A DNA stretch of 64,000 nt, taken from contig CAWCYD010000003.1 in the NCBI GenBank assembly GCA_963799775.1, positions 1,824,001 to 1,888,000 on the forward strand, in the 5' to 3' direction. The DNA comes from an uncultured archaeon (GTDB lineage: Archaea; Thermoproteota; Nitrososphaeria; Nitrososphaerales; Gagatemarchaeaceae). The translations under genes and the position numbers were made by a program. This document shows positions 20,240 to 30,783 of this stretch, piece after piece (position 1 is the first letter of the stretch; the number at the start of each line of letters is the position of its first letter). Under the pieces are notes generated by a model. The model saw only the letters and a list, made by a program, of their open reading frames with translations. It did no database searches and was not told the origin of the DNA.

Positions 20240-21362
20240 TTACCGTTTCACGGGGACCTGTCCGAGAAAACTATTGTCGACCTGCCCCACCATGACCTGG
20301 CCTCCATCCTGATTGGGAACGACTTTGAGGTTGGTCGCCGATTCCCCCGTGTCGCCAAACGTGTAGAGCGACGGATACGGCTCAAGCTGGTTCGCGGAAT
20401 CCAAGTAGAGCAGTGCCAGAGTCGAGTTCATCTTGACGAAATTGGTCGTCTGACCGCAGCAGTAAGCCGCCCACACAAAGTCCGAATCATACGATTCGAG
20501 GTCTCCGATGACCCCTCCCCACGGCCAAAGCGAAGGCTTCACCACAATGGACGCAGACGTGACGTTTCCGATGGGGATGTGCACGATGCCGAAGGTGTCG
20601 TTGCCGCTCGCGAAGTTCGCCGTTGCCGAACGGGCTGTCGGACATCCTGATCTCGATTCCGCCGTTGTAGGGTTCGACGGACATGGCCAGCCTTAGATGC
20701 AATGGGAGCGAGTAACTTGACGTCGAGTTCAGCAACGAGCCGAAGGCGTACGTCGCCTTTCCGCCCAGTTCTCCATGGCGACCGTTGCCGTAAGAGTCTG
20801 CCTCGACGTTGGCGCTGCTCCCGGTCTCGTTGAAGATGAGGCCGTAGAAGTTCCTGACCTGTTGTGAGGTGGTGTTCGCGAAATCCACGACGTTTTGCAC
20901 CCAGAACATCTCGTCCCCGTGGGCCGTGGTCGCGATCACATTGACGTTCATATGCAAGCTCGCGCATTCCACACAGGCGAGTGACGAGAACGACGGGGCT
21001 ATGGAGTTGTCCCAGTTAGTCGAGGCCGAGAGCGCGCTGATGTCGGCCTCCCCTACGACCTCGGTAGTGTTGATCGAATAGGCTCGCAGCGAACCTGAGT
21101 AGTTGTAGATTCCGTAGGAGGCGATTCCCACTGGAGACGCTTGGGCCGGTCGAGCGAGCAAGTATTCGAGATGAGAATCGTCCAGAAATTGGGTCGAATT
21201 GAAACCCTGAGATGATGTCGAGGAGGTGTGGGATGACGCAGCGCCGGTCAAGAAACCTGATTCCAAAGCGACGCCGATGAGCAGAACGACCAAGAACGCA
21301 ACGATGGCAGTCATGACTCGGAAGCGAGAAAAGCCCCGTCTTCGCTTCATCGACTCTCTCAA
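20240..21362 (-). CDS. Thermopsin-family protease, one frameshift; paralog of 62055..63206
   Basis: PVGIASYG, SLHMNVNV, FWVQNVV, GDTGESA. Confidence 0.75.
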
Positions 21363-21544
21363 GCTTCGTTCAGCTCTGACAAATTAGCATTTCTCCATTT
21401 TATCTGGATGTCGATTCGGAATCATGCTTAATTGAAACCATCAGCCGTGATGGGGTCTGCCTAGGCATTGTTATCGTTCGTTAGATGCCCCGTTCCCTGG
21501 TTCCCCTTCTAACCTTCATCTAGGGGTCAGCGTTCCCTCAGCTG

Positions 21545-22330
21545 ATGAATGACTCGGGCTCGCTGCACTGGCGAAAGTTGGGGCCATCAAGGGCTTCGCC
21601 TCGGAAGGCGAAGAGCGGCTGGGACGTGGCAGCCCGCGACTGGAACTACGTAGAGTCAGGTGCTGACTACCACAGGTGGGAAGTCCATGGCCGCTCGCTC
21701 GTGCGCACTGTAGGCGAGGTTCGCGGGCTAAAGGTCCTAGACATAGGATGCGGTCAGGGCTGGTTCTCCCGGCAGTTGGCGAGCAAAGGGGCGAGGGTCG
21801 TAGGATTGGATTGGTCGTCGGAGATGGTGGCGATTGCCGAGGAGCACGAGCGACGGGACAAGCTGGGCATCAAATATCTCCAAGTAGATGCGACGAAGAT
21901 CGGTAAGTTTTGGCCTCGGGGCAGCTTCGACCTCATCGCTTCATGCATGGCGTTCATGGACATGCCCCGGCTTGACAGGGTCATGGCCGGCATCGCACGC
22001 CTGCTACGACGGAACGGGCGCTTGGTCTTCTCGGTTTCGCACCCCGTGACCACCGCGCCGGTGTCACGCTGGCTCCGAAAGCAAGTCGGGCACCATGGCC
22101 CTAGACTCATCGACGGCTATTTCGACGTTGGACCCGTCGATGTCCTCTGGAAGCTTCGGGGGACCGGGCGGATAATGGATGTCCCCCAGTGGCACCGAAC
22201 TTTCGCTGGCTGGTTTGAGCTTCTACGCAAGAGCAACCTCGTTGTCACACGAATCTGGGAGCCAAGACCCACCGCGCTCCAGGTTCGCGGTAATCCCGGT
22301 TTCGAGGGCGTCAGCAGAATCCCCTTCTAA
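21545..22330 (+). CDS. Class I SAM methyltransferase
   Basis: VLDIGCGQG, LVFSVSHP, WHRT. Confidence 0.88.
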   Translation: MNDSGSLHWRKLGPSRASPRKAKSGWDVAARDWNYVESGADYHRWEVHGRSLVRTVGEVRGLKVLDIGCGQGWFSRQLASKGARVVGLDWSSEMVAIAEEHERRDKLGIKYLQVDATKIGKFWPRGSFDLIASCMAFMDMPRLDRVMAGIARLLRRNGRLVFSVSHPVTTAPVSRWLRKQVGHHGPRLIDGYFDVGPVDVLWKLRGTGRIMDVPQWHRTFAGWFELLRKSNLVVTRIWEPRPTALQVRGNPGFEGVSRIPF

Positions 22331-22456
22331 CTCATTGTAGAAGCCAGACCAAGGCCACACCGATGGATTTGAGGAGTCACCGGAAATGGCTGAGCCTGCC
22401 GGGTTTATTTCTGCCCCTGGAATTGCAAGATTATTGCAATTCCTGCATTTTTCGGC

Positions 22457-22509
22457 GTCAGGTCCGGACCTGACACCCGGACGTCAAAATGTCAGGCCCG
22501 GGCCTGACA
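22457..22509. repeat. Twin perfect palindromes
   Basis: GTCAGGTCCGGACCTGAC (22457-22474) and TGTCAGGCCCGGGCCTGACA (22490-22509). Confidence 0.75.
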
Positions 22510-22812
22510 CCACGAGACGCTCGGATGTAAGGGTGGAACCTTACATTGCGTCAGGCCCAAACCAGTCATGCGTGGTGTTATATTCGAAAGAAACTCACCA
22601 TCTCACGTTCTTTTTCTTCGTCCGTTCCGGCATGCCTGCTGCATTAAGCTATCATACTCTCTAGTTCGTCTTTTCCTGTCATTCTTCCTTCCTCTTTCTC
22701 TCCCGTCTCGCTCCCACTGTCTCCCTCTTTCATCTCCGTCCGTTTCGATCTGATGTTTCCGTAGTTCCCCTTTCCTCTCCGTCTCCTCATCGCTCCTCTG
22801 TCCCCCCACGTC

Positions 22813-24528
22813 TTGTTTCCGTTACTCCGTTACCCTGTTACGATGGCCGATGTTATCGCGTCCATAACTGCGACTCCTAACTTGGGAATACGAGTCTCAG
22901 ATGCTGTGCTGTCTCCGGTCCCTCCTGTCGAACCCTCGATTTCTTCGGTTCGTCTCGATACTGGATCCCTCTCTGTCGCAACGAAGGTTGGTGCAGAAAT
23001 ATCGAAAGAAACGCATCATATCATGGAATCTGGTTCTGAAGCCCGGCCCGAAAGGACACCTAGCTTTGACCGACCCGTGATTCTCATGAATGCACAGCGT
23101 AGCTTCAGAGGCGAAATTCGTCTAGCGATAAAGAAATCGAGGTTTAGAGAAGCAACAAAGACAGAACTTCAGAAAGGGAAAATGTATGTATTTTCGGTGT
23201 CTTTGAAAGGAATAGGTAGCTTCAGCGTGAGCCATCTAGAAGGTCCCGCAGACAACTTCTACCTTCACATTCCAAAGAGGCTCAATGCAAATCTTCAGGC
23301 TGGCAAGAAGTATTGGGTCGAAATTCATTCGGTCGAGGTCAAACGACTTCGGTATAATGTCCACAAGAGTTCCCACGGGGCTGAACTCACCGTGCATAGG
23401 ACGAATCTAGAATTGCTTGGGCTGAGACGAACCGGCAGTCTGAAACAGCAAAAGGTAGTTCTTCAGTTTACCGGCACAAATGTAACGAGAAGCAATCCCA
23501 CGTCTCGGAATCACCTCTTCAGGAGCTACGAGTTAGGCTCTGCGAGTATTGATCTCCGGGTCGGCAGGCTAGGAGCGAAATACGGCGACATGTTCGAGTT
23601 CAACGAAATCACGCCTTTCGAGGTGGCCGACCTTGTAAGAGCATTCAACGAGCACAAACCCGATTATCTCGAGAACACCTCGTTGATTCTTCGTCCCAAA
23701 GCCCTGGTGCTTCTCGTGGACGCGAAAGAGATTGTCCTCGCCAGGCCACACCTGACGACGAACAAACTTGAGGTCGCCTTGAGGGCAGAAATCGCTAGCA
23801 CGAGCAAGCCAATCAAGTTCCAGTTCGACGGTGAAAAGATTACCCCGAGGTTCTTGCAGGACTGGCCCATCCACCGCATGAACGCGACACCCTACGGATT
23901 AGAAATCGCCTACTCTCTAAGCAAGAACAATGCGAGGGTATTCAGGCTGAACTTTGAGAAGTTCGATGCCGGAGTCATACGCGGTAAGCTGAAAGTGATA
24001 TCAAGACCGGAAAACGGCGAAGGAGTCTATCTAGTAGAAGTCGCGGATGATTTTCGCAGAAGCGTGGAGTTCCGGATTGCTGCGGCCCGAGGTCGCTCCT
24101 ATTATGAATGTCGATACGAAAAAGGCGATATCTCTGAAGAGATTCAGCGATACCTGGTCGAAACGACCGGGTTGTGGGATGAGGTCGCCTACCATCCTCT
24201 TGACAAGACGTGGAGGGCCCATGAATCGAGAAAGCTAGGGCCCGACAGCCTGCAAAGGCACAAGGTTTCCCACAAACTCCATTATTTCGAGTTCAAATGG
24301 GACTGGAACTGGGAGTTGACTCACCACGCCGCCGAATTTCAAGCGATAAAGTATGTTTTAGCACAGCCGACTTACAAAGGTGAAAAAGTCGCGGGTGCCC
24401 ACATAGGAATTCTTCGATGGGATATCGAGAAGACCCGATTCGATTTCCACCTGAGTAGAGCCTGGCCGCCGAGTCAAGCGTCCACGATCCAGTCAGATAG
24501 TTTGTTGGAGGGCTCAACCTCTGTGTGA
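22813..24528 (+). CDS. Large hypothetical protein with possible C-terminal PD-(D/E)xK nuclease domain
   Basis: KGDISEEI...GPDSL...YFEFKW; true start probably ~23023. Confidence 0.55.
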   Translation: MFPLLRYPVTMADVIASITATPNLGIRVSDAVLSPVPPVEPSISSVRLDTGSLSVATKVGAEISKETHHIMESGSEARPERTPSFDRPVILMNAQRSFRGEIRLAIKKSRFREATKTELQKGKMYVFSVSLKGIGSFSVSHLEGPADNFYLHIPKRLNANLQAGKKYWVEIHSVEVKRLRYNVHKSSHGAELTVHRTNLELLGLRRTGSLKQQKVVLQFTGTNVTRSNPTSRNHLFRSYELGSASIDLRVGRLGAKYGDMFEFNEITPFEVADLVRAFNEHKPDYLENTSLILRPKALVLLVDAKEIVLARPHLTTNKLEVALRAEIASTSKPIKFQFDGEKITPRFLQDWPIHRMNATPYGLEIAYSLSKNNARVFRLNFEKFDAGVIRGKLKVISRPENGEGVYLVEVADDFRRSVEFRIAAARGRSYYECRYEKGDISEEIQRYLVETTGLWDEVAYHPLDKTWRAHESRKLGPDSLQRHKVSHKLHYFEFKWDWNWELTHHAAEFQAIKYVLAQPTYKGEKVAGAHIGILRWDIEKTRFDFHLSRAWPPSQASTIQSDSLLEGSTSV

Positions 24529-25731
24529 AGTCGAAACCAGAGACAACACATCCCTGTCTCTCACGACGTAGTCAACTGGGAGATGCAGTCCAGTCCTTGC
24601 ATCGACAGCGTATAGCAAACCCTTGGCCAAGTCATTGTGGATGTGATTGGCGACGTCCCTTACCGTTGAGCCGTCTGGCAGAAGATACACATCAGGTAGG
24701 ACATTCCCATGGTTGTCCGTAAGAGTCTGCGCATTGGCTACTCCATAAACAGAATTCATCTTCAGCAGCTTGAATATCGCGATGTTGAGGGCGAACTGGA
24801 CCCCCGTCCTCAGGTACTCACCAAAGACCTTCCTCCTGATGTACGCGAGTGCGTTCTTCTGCGCGTCGCTCAGTTCCTGCGGCTTGACGACGTCGAAGCG
24901 CTCTTCGCCGGGGACGTATTTTATCAGCCCTTTGACCTCCGCTCTCCTTAGCGAGAGCTCGGCCTCGCCGCTCGTCGGGACGACCATCAGGTCCTTGTAC
25001 TTCTCACGGAGGGCCTTGAAGTTCTCGGCGGAGTTGGGCAGGTCCATCTTGTTCGCGATGATGAGCGTCGGCTTGGAGACGTCGCGGAGGATCCAGCAAA
25101 AGTTCTGGACCTCCTTCTCGTTCCAGCTGTCGACGTCTCGCTCTTGGAGCATCGCCTCGTTTATCGCGTAGATCACATGGTCCCGCTTGACCCCTATCCC
25201 CTGCATGACCTCGGCGATTGCGTCGGGCAGGCCCATCCCGGGCACCTTCGCGGTCTTCGAGATCTTCACGAGGTTGCTAGAGAAGAGCTTGGTATACCAC
25301 AGGACGAGCTCCAGCTCGACGTCCGCCAGGTCTGCGAGGGGGTCGCCCGTCCCCGGCTCCGCGATCTTCCCGTCCTTGTCGACGCTCCCCGATGCGTCGA
25401 CTACGTGCAGGAGCGCGTCGGACTGCGCTGCCACGGCGAGGAACTGGTTCCCGAGTCCCTTGCCCATCCAAGCGCCCTTGATCAGTCCGGGGAGGTCGGT
25501 CACCTCGATGGGGATGAACCTCCATCCCTCCTCGCACTTGGAGTTCTTCGGGTTGTCTTGGACTTTGAACTCCCTGTGGACGCACAAGGTGACCGCCTGG
25601 CCGATGCCTTGGTCTGGCGACTTTGTGGTGAAAGGGTAGTTGGAGATCTCCCCCGTCTTCAGCGTCATCGAGTTGAAGAGCGTGGTCTTCCCCGCGTTCG
25701 TCTTCCCGATCAAGCCTATCTGGATGACCAT
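24514..25731 (-). CDS. YchF/OBG-family GTPase with TGS domain
   Basis: GKTNAGKTT, NYPFTT, DLPGL, ANKMD. Confidence 0.92.
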   Translation of the reverse strand: MVIQIGLIGKTNAGKTTLFNSMTLKTGEISNYPFTTKSPDQGIGQAVTLCVHREFKVQDNPKNSKCEEGWRFIPIEVTDLPGLIKGAWMGKGLGNQFLAVAAQSDALLHVVDASGSVDKDGKIAEPGTGDPLADLADVELELVLWYTKLFSSNLVKISKTAKVPGMGLPDAIAEVMQGIGVKRDHVIYAINEAMLQERDVDSWNEKEVQNFCWILRDVSKPTLIIANKMDLPNSAENFKALREKYKDLMVVPTSGEAELSLRRAEVKGLIKYVPGEERFDVVKPQELSDAQKNALAYIRRKVFGEYLRTGVQFALNIAIFKLLKMNSVYGVANAQTLTDNHGNVLPDVYLLPDGSTVRDVANHIHNDLAKGLLYAVDARTGLHLPVDYVVRDRDVLSLVSTSHRG

Positions 25732-25801
25732 GCAAGTTCTCTCCTGAACGAATTAGGAATCTCGAAGAGGGCTCTTCCGGTAGTTAAGAGTATGCCGGTC
25801 T

Positions 25802-27061
25802 CTAGGAGCCCGTCATCCTGTATCTGAGGAAGGCTGCCACTCCGCCGAAGGACTTTAGCATCGCACCCTCTTCCGTCCCTGACGATATCACCTCGACCTT
25901 CGCACCCACCTGCACCGCCCTCTCCTCGAGCAGGTCCACGATGTCCGTCTCGTCGACGACATACTCCTTGGAGCCGCAGTTGCTGCAGGGTTCCGAGGTG
26001 AGCTCCTGCAACCCCTGGGTCTTCTTCGAGTTGGCGACGAACTTCTCCTTCACCGTCTGGCAGTTCTTGCAGGTCGCAGTTATCCTCGTCATGTCGACGT
26101 CATCGGAGACGATGATCGTCTCCACGTTGCTCTTATCGAGGGCCTGGATGATCCTCGGGAGGCCGTATACCGCGAGGCCGTTCGGCTTGTTGACTTCGCC
26201 CAAGAACCGCTGGACGAGCTTCTTCTCCTCGAACAGGCGCACGTCCTGGAGCTTGTCCGCCGCCTTGTCGACGAGCTCCCTCACGCCCTCCCTCCCCGAG
26301 TACGCCGTGTCGATGGTCGCGATGATGTTCTTCCGCAGGTTGTAGTTCAGGTACTCCGTCTTCATGAACTCCTCCTTCGTGAATCCGGGGCCGCCCACGA
26401 TCAGGCCGTTGACCTTGTACTCGTCGACGAGGATCCGATTCACGTGGTCGGCTACTCTGTGGTAGAAGTAGGTGAGCTCCATCTCCCTGCCTCGCTCGTA
26501 TCTCCTGGCGCTCTGCCCTCCCTTCCTCGTCTTACCAGAGATGCCGGATGTCATCGCGTTGACGACCTCGAAGCTCTCTCCCGAGAGGATCCCTATGCCC
26601 ACCTCGTTCGCGTCAATCGAGAGGAGGCCGTAGACCTTCTCCTCGCGGAGCATGTCCTTCAGGTACTCTATGTGGAAATGGTCGTCGCACATGTAGAGGA
26701 AGCTCTTGACGGGCTTTGGCGGGACTATCTCGCGGAGGACTATGACCTCGCTCCCCGGGCCGTTGGTCGGGAGCGCTCCGCAGAAGATGACTAGCCCGTC
26801 GTCGGGCGTCTCGCGGTAGAGCTTGAGCTTCTGCATGGTCTTTGTGAGCGCGTCCTGGACATGGTTGCGCGTCGTGTCCGATTTTATGTTCCCGGCTGTC
26901 CCCCACTCGTTCCTCAGGTACGCGATGACCTCGTGCATGGGCTTCTTCGGCGGGATGTAGAGGGAGACGAGTTCGGTCCCACGGCCCTCCTTACCCGAGA
27001 GCTCGGAGATGACCTTTCGAATCTTGTATAATCTTACAGAGTCTACCTTTGCGCTTAACAA
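25802..27061 (-). CDS. prf1: Peptide chain release factor aRF1
   Basis: NIKS, YMCDDHF and GGQS motifs. Confidence 0.96.
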   Translation of the reverse strand: MLSAKVDSVRLYKIRKVISELSGKEGRGTELVSLYIPPKKPMHEVIAYLRNEWGTAGNIKSDTTRNHVQDALTKTMQKLKLYRETPDDGLVIFCGALPTNGPGSEVIVLREIVPPKPVKSFLYMCDDHFHIEYLKDMLREEKVYGLLSIDANEVGIGILSGESFEVVNAMTSGISGKTRKGGQSARRYERGREMELTYFYHRVADHVNRILVDEYKVNGLIVGGPGFTKEEFMKTEYLNYNLRKNIIATIDTAYSGREGVRELVDKAADKLQDVRLFEEKKLVQRFLGEVNKPNGLAVYGLPRIIQALDKSNVETIIVSDDVDMTRITATCKNCQTVKEKFVANSKKTQGLQELTSEPCSNCGSKEYVVDETDIVDLLEERAVQVGAKVEVISSGTEEGAMLKSFGGVAAFLRYRMTGS

Positions 27062-27187
27062 GCGAATATGACCTCCGGTGAGTCAGCTGATGGATCCGCT
27101 GGGAACTACTGTGTTTCTGACTCGAGACTGCAACTGATGGGTAGTTTAGGGCATTCACCTTTATAAAAACAATTTCGGGCACGATGC

Positions 27188-27886
27188 ATGGTTTCTATGA
27201 GCTCGCCTTCTGGGAGCGGGAAGAGGATCGTGCTTCGGATAGGCGGGTCGGTGCTGGGCGCTCCTCCAAAGGCGAAGCTGCTCAAGGCCTACGTTGATGT
27301 CATCGCCGAAGCGAGGAAGGCCGGGAACTCCGTCGGGGTCATCGTCGGCGGGGGCTCTGTAGCCCGGACCTACATCGGCATCGCGAAGGAGCTTGGGCTC
27401 CCCCGCGAATCGCAGGACATGATAGCCATAGAGGCCTCTCGCCTCAACGCGAGGCTCGTGGCGATGAAGCTTGGGGTCAAGCGAGTGTCCACGACTATCC
27501 AGGGGATGATAGTCGAGCTGGACAAGAGCGGGGTGGGTGTGATGGGAGGCCTGCGGCCAGGGATCACGACAGACACCGTAGCCGCGATACTCGGCGATGC
27601 GTGGCACTCGGAGCTCATAGTCAAGGCCTCCGACCAGGACGGGGTCTACACCGCAGACCCGAGGATTGACAAGGAGGCCAAACTGCTGCACAACCTCTCC
27701 CATCAGGAACTCGCTAGGATACTCGGCGGGTCTCAACACAGGCCCGGGATTCACAGCATAGTGGACCCGGTGGCCGCCAAGTTCATCGCCAAGCACAAAC
27801 TGAACCTCGTCGTGACAAACGGCTTCTCTCCTGGGAACGTGCGCAAGGCCCTGTTGGGCGAGCGCGTCGGGACGCTCGTGTCCTGA
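27188..27886 (+). CDS. pyrH: Uridylate kinase
   Basis: IGGSV, VGGG..ARTYI, PGITTD, DGVYTADP. Confidence 0.92.
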   Translation: MVSMSSPSGSGKRIVLRIGGSVLGAPPKAKLLKAYVDVIAEARKAGNSVGVIVGGGSVARTYIGIAKELGLPRESQDMIAIEASRLNARLVAMKLGVKRVSTTIQGMIVELDKSGVGVMGGLRPGITTDTVAAILGDAWHSELIVKASDQDGVYTADPRIDKEAKLLHNLSHQELARILGGSQHRPGIHSIVDPVAAKFIAKHKLNLVVTNGFSPGNVRKALLGERVGTLVS

Positions 27887-27895
27887 ATCACGTTT

Positions 27896-28225
27896 CTATC
27901 TGCTGGAAATCTTCTTGCTGGCGAGGAGGCCCTTGATCAGGGCCTCGACCGCCTGCTTGGTGTACTGGACCCCGCGCGGGTTTCCAGTCAGGACATGGGA
28001 AACCTTCCCGTCGTCTGACTCGATGAAGACCTGTGGTATGAGATAGTCAGGCGTCCAGTCCCCGTACTTCTTCACCATCTCGTCCGCCACATCAACATCT
28101 TTGGTGTCTATGTCGTGCAGAATCACCGGCACGCCCAGCTCTTCACCTGCGCGCTGCAGCGGCTCAACGGTGGTGGGGACGCAATGAGGGCACCAGTCCG
28201 CATAGACAATGTGGATGGCCTTCAA
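27896..28225 (-). CDS. Thioredoxin-like protein
   Basis: WCPHC, cis-Pro region LIPQV. Confidence 0.85.
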   Translation of the reverse strand: MKAIHIVYADWCPHCVPTTVEPLQRAGEELGVPVILHDIDTKDVDVADEMVKKYGDWTPDYLIPQVFIESDDGKVSHVLTGNPRGVQYTKQAVEALIKGLLASKKISSR

Positions 28226-28271
28226 ACGGTCTCTGTCGGGCCTATGGGTGCGTATAAACCGTGACCAGAAA

Positions 28272-29579
28272 CTACTCTTCTTCGATTTTCATCGTGGAAA
28301 CGAAGCGCAGGAACTCGTCTTCAGTCACCCAGTCGACCCTCAGGTATTCCACGATGTCCTTGCTTTCCATCCCTATCCTGCGTGCCTCCTCGACAGCCAC
28401 CTTGTACGCCTCTATCTCCGTGGGCCTCTCGAAGTAGGCGTAACGCCTGTCGTAGAGCTCCTTCCCCTCCATGAACTGCTTCACATGGGTAAGCTCGTGC
28501 AGGACGTCGAGGTAGAGGTGCTTCTCGTCGCCCGTCCTGAGGTACTCGGGGTTGATGATTATGTCCCCGGTGTCGCCGTCCACACGAAGATATCCGACGG
28601 GGGAGTCCATCAGGACCTTGAGCTTGGAGATGACTCTCTTCGTCTCCTGACCGAAGAGCCGCTTCACCGCCTCTAGCTCTTCGAAGCCAGAGAAAATCTC
28701 GGCGAAGGGGGTCACTGGAAGGGCCATCGCTTCTCTCTTGATCGAGATCCCGAAGCCCTCTCCAGAGGGCATGGCCTTCTTCGCAGCCAGCGTCTTTCGG
28801 TCCCGGCGCTCGAGGAGGCTCTTGACGTAGGCCTGCTTGAACCCCTGCCTCAAGTAGAAGCGCTCCACGTGGTCGCTGAGCATGGTCTGAAGGATCAGCC
28901 TCCTCTTCTCGCCCTTGGCCACCTCCTGCATCCGCCTCACGACCGCGGCAGCCACACCCTTGCCTCTGAAACTGGGGACCGTCCCGATGCAGTAGGCCCC
29001 GGCGACGCCTCCCGCGCTCCTATACATCGCAGCGCAGCCTACGGGCTCGTCCCCGATCCTCGCCAGGAGGACGCTCGCTTTCTTGTCCTTGACTACCTTC
29101 CGCATGATCTGGCTCACCTTGGCGTTCAGCTTCTGGTCTCCGTAGAACGCCTCGAGGTAAGTCCGAGTCCACTGCTGAAGCTCGCCCCTCCTCGAGCCGG
29201 CGCTAACCTGATTGACCAAGACCTCAGGATTGGGAGCCGAGTCCGCCTTCGAAGAGCTCTCCATTACGAGCATCCTGTCGGCCACGCCGTACCCCTTCGA
29301 GGCGAGGAGCGCGTGCATCTTGTCCCACTGACGGCCGTCCTCGACCATGATTGAGGGCACCTTCCTCCCTCTCTTCGCGAACTCCTTCTCAATCGCCTCG
29401 ACCGCGTCCCGCGGGCCATTCTCTACTCCCAAGAAGCCGCCACGGTTGAAGAACTCCTCGTCCTTGAACGCGTTCGAGAAGATGGCGTAGCTGTTCTTCG
29501 AGACCCAAGCGACCTCATCGACCCACTTGCCCCACCAGCTCACCTCGTTGAGCTCATAGTCCCCCGTCTCACTGGGCAA
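28272..29579 (-). CDS. GNAT acetyltransferase fused to a HExxH domain
   Basis: FRGKGVA motif A; LHELTHVKQ...EIEAY. Confidence 0.75.
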   Translation of the reverse strand: MPSETGDYELNEVSWWGKWVDEVAWVSKNSYAIFSNAFKDEEFFNRGGFLGVENGPRDAVEAIEKEFAKRGRKVPSIMVEDGRQWDKMHALLASKGYGVADRMLVMESSSKADSAPNPEVLVNQVSAGSRRGELQQWTRTYLEAFYGDQKLNAKVSQIMRKVVKDKKASVLLARIGDEPVGCAAMYRSAGGVAGAYCIGTVPSFRGKGVAAAVVRRMQEVAKGEKRRLILQTMLSDHVERFYLRQGFKQAYVKSLLERRDRKTLAAKKAMPSGEGFGISIKREAMALPVTPFAEIFSGFEELEAVKRLFGQETKRVISKLKVLMDSPVGYLRVDGDTGDIIINPEYLRTGDEKHLYLDVLHELTHVKQFMEGKELYDRRYAYFERPTEIEAYKVAVEEARRIGMESKDIVEYLRVDWVTEDEFLRFVSTMKIEEE

Positions 29580-30783
29580 GGAAGTCCACTCCCAGAATAT
29601 CGGAGACCAGTCGGAGGGCCGCGTAGCGGACCGCGGGGTCGGCCATGCTCTTGCCTATCAGCTCGCTCTCGACCCACTTCATGGCCTTCGGGGTATCGAG
29701 GTCGTCGTCCATCGCAGCGTAGAATGGGGAAAGCAATTCCCTCACCTCCTCGGGTCGGGGTTCCTCCTTGCTCGCGGCCTTCTTCGCGGAGGCCTTCAGG
29801 CCCCGTGTCTTGGATACCAGTCTAGCGTACGCCTTGCTGGCTCTCGTCAGGCCCGCAAAGGTGAACTCGACGTCGTCTCTGTAGTGCCAGGAGAGGAGGT
29901 AGTATCTCAGCGCTTCTGCCTTGTATTCTCTGAGTATCTCTCTGACCAAGGCCGTGTTCCCCACAGACTTTGACATCTTCCGTCCGGACACATTGAGCAG
30001 GCCTGTGTGGACCCAGAACCTCACCAGAGGCCGAATCCCCGTAAGAGATTCTCCTTGGGCGAGCTCTGCCTCATGATGGGGGTAGATCAGCTCGTACGCC
30101 CCGCCATGGATATCATACTGCGGCCCGAAGTTAGTCAGAGTGACCGCGGTGTCCTCGATATGCCAGCCGGGCGACCCCCTTCCCCAGGGGCTGTCCCACT
30201 TACCCTCCTCGAGGATTATCGGCCGCCACAAGGAAAAATCGAGGAGGTTCCTCTTGTTCGGCGTGAGTTCGAGCGGCCTCAGAGAGAGGCCGTCCTTCGA
30301 CTGGTGCGAGAGCTCGCCGTAGTAGGGATACTTCGAGGTGTCGAAGTAGATTACACCATCGGCCAGGTAAGCATAGCCGTTCTTCAGCAGGACAGAGATT
30401 TGGTCTATCATCACAGACGTGTACTTGGACACGCGCTCGAAGCTCGTGACGGACTTGACGTCCAGGTTTCTCAGGTCCTGGAAGAAGGCCGCCGTGTACT
30501 TCTCCACGATTTTGCTCGTGGTCGTCCGCCCCTCCATTGCCGCCTCTGTTATCCTGTCGTCGATATCGGTGATGTTGACGAGGAAGGTGACGCGAAGGCC
30601 TAGGTGGGTCAGGTATCTGGCGAGCATGTCGTAGAAGACATAGGTGCGCGCGTTCCCCACATGGATGAAGCTCTGGACCGTGGGGCCGCAGACGAACATG
30701 CGGACGGTCTCGCCGGGGACGACCTTGTAGGGCTCTTTCTCCTGGCTCTTTGAGTTGAAGAGCGCGAGCCTGCTTCTAGTCAA
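29569..30783 (-). CDS. cysS: Cysteinyl-tRNA synthetase
   Basis: CGPTV, HVGN, PGWHIE, PHHE, KMSKS. Confidence 0.93.
   Translation of the reverse strand: MTRSRLALFNSKSQEKEPYKVVPGETVRMFVCGPTVQSFIHVGNARTYVFYDMLARYLTHLGLRVTFLVNITDIDDRITEAAMEGRTTTSKIVEKYTAAFFQDLRNLDVKSVTSFERVSKYTSVMIDQISVLLKNGYAYLADGVIYFDTSKYPYYGELSHQSKDGLSLRPLELTPNKRNLLDFSLWRPIILEEGKWDSPWGRGSPGWHIEDTAVTLTNFGPQYDIHGGAYELIYPHHEAELAQGESLTGIRPLVRFWVHTGLLNVSGRKMSKSVGNTALVREILREYKAEALRYYLLSWHYRDDVEFTFAGLTRASKAYARLVSKTRGLKASAKKAASKEEPRPEEVRELLSPFYAAMDDDLDTPKAMKWVESELIGKSMADPAVRYAALRLVSDILGVDFLAQ

Noticed and set aside
22603-22809. E/R/G-rich 68-aa ORF
   Set aside because: Explained by the purine skew of a low-complexity tract; no other support
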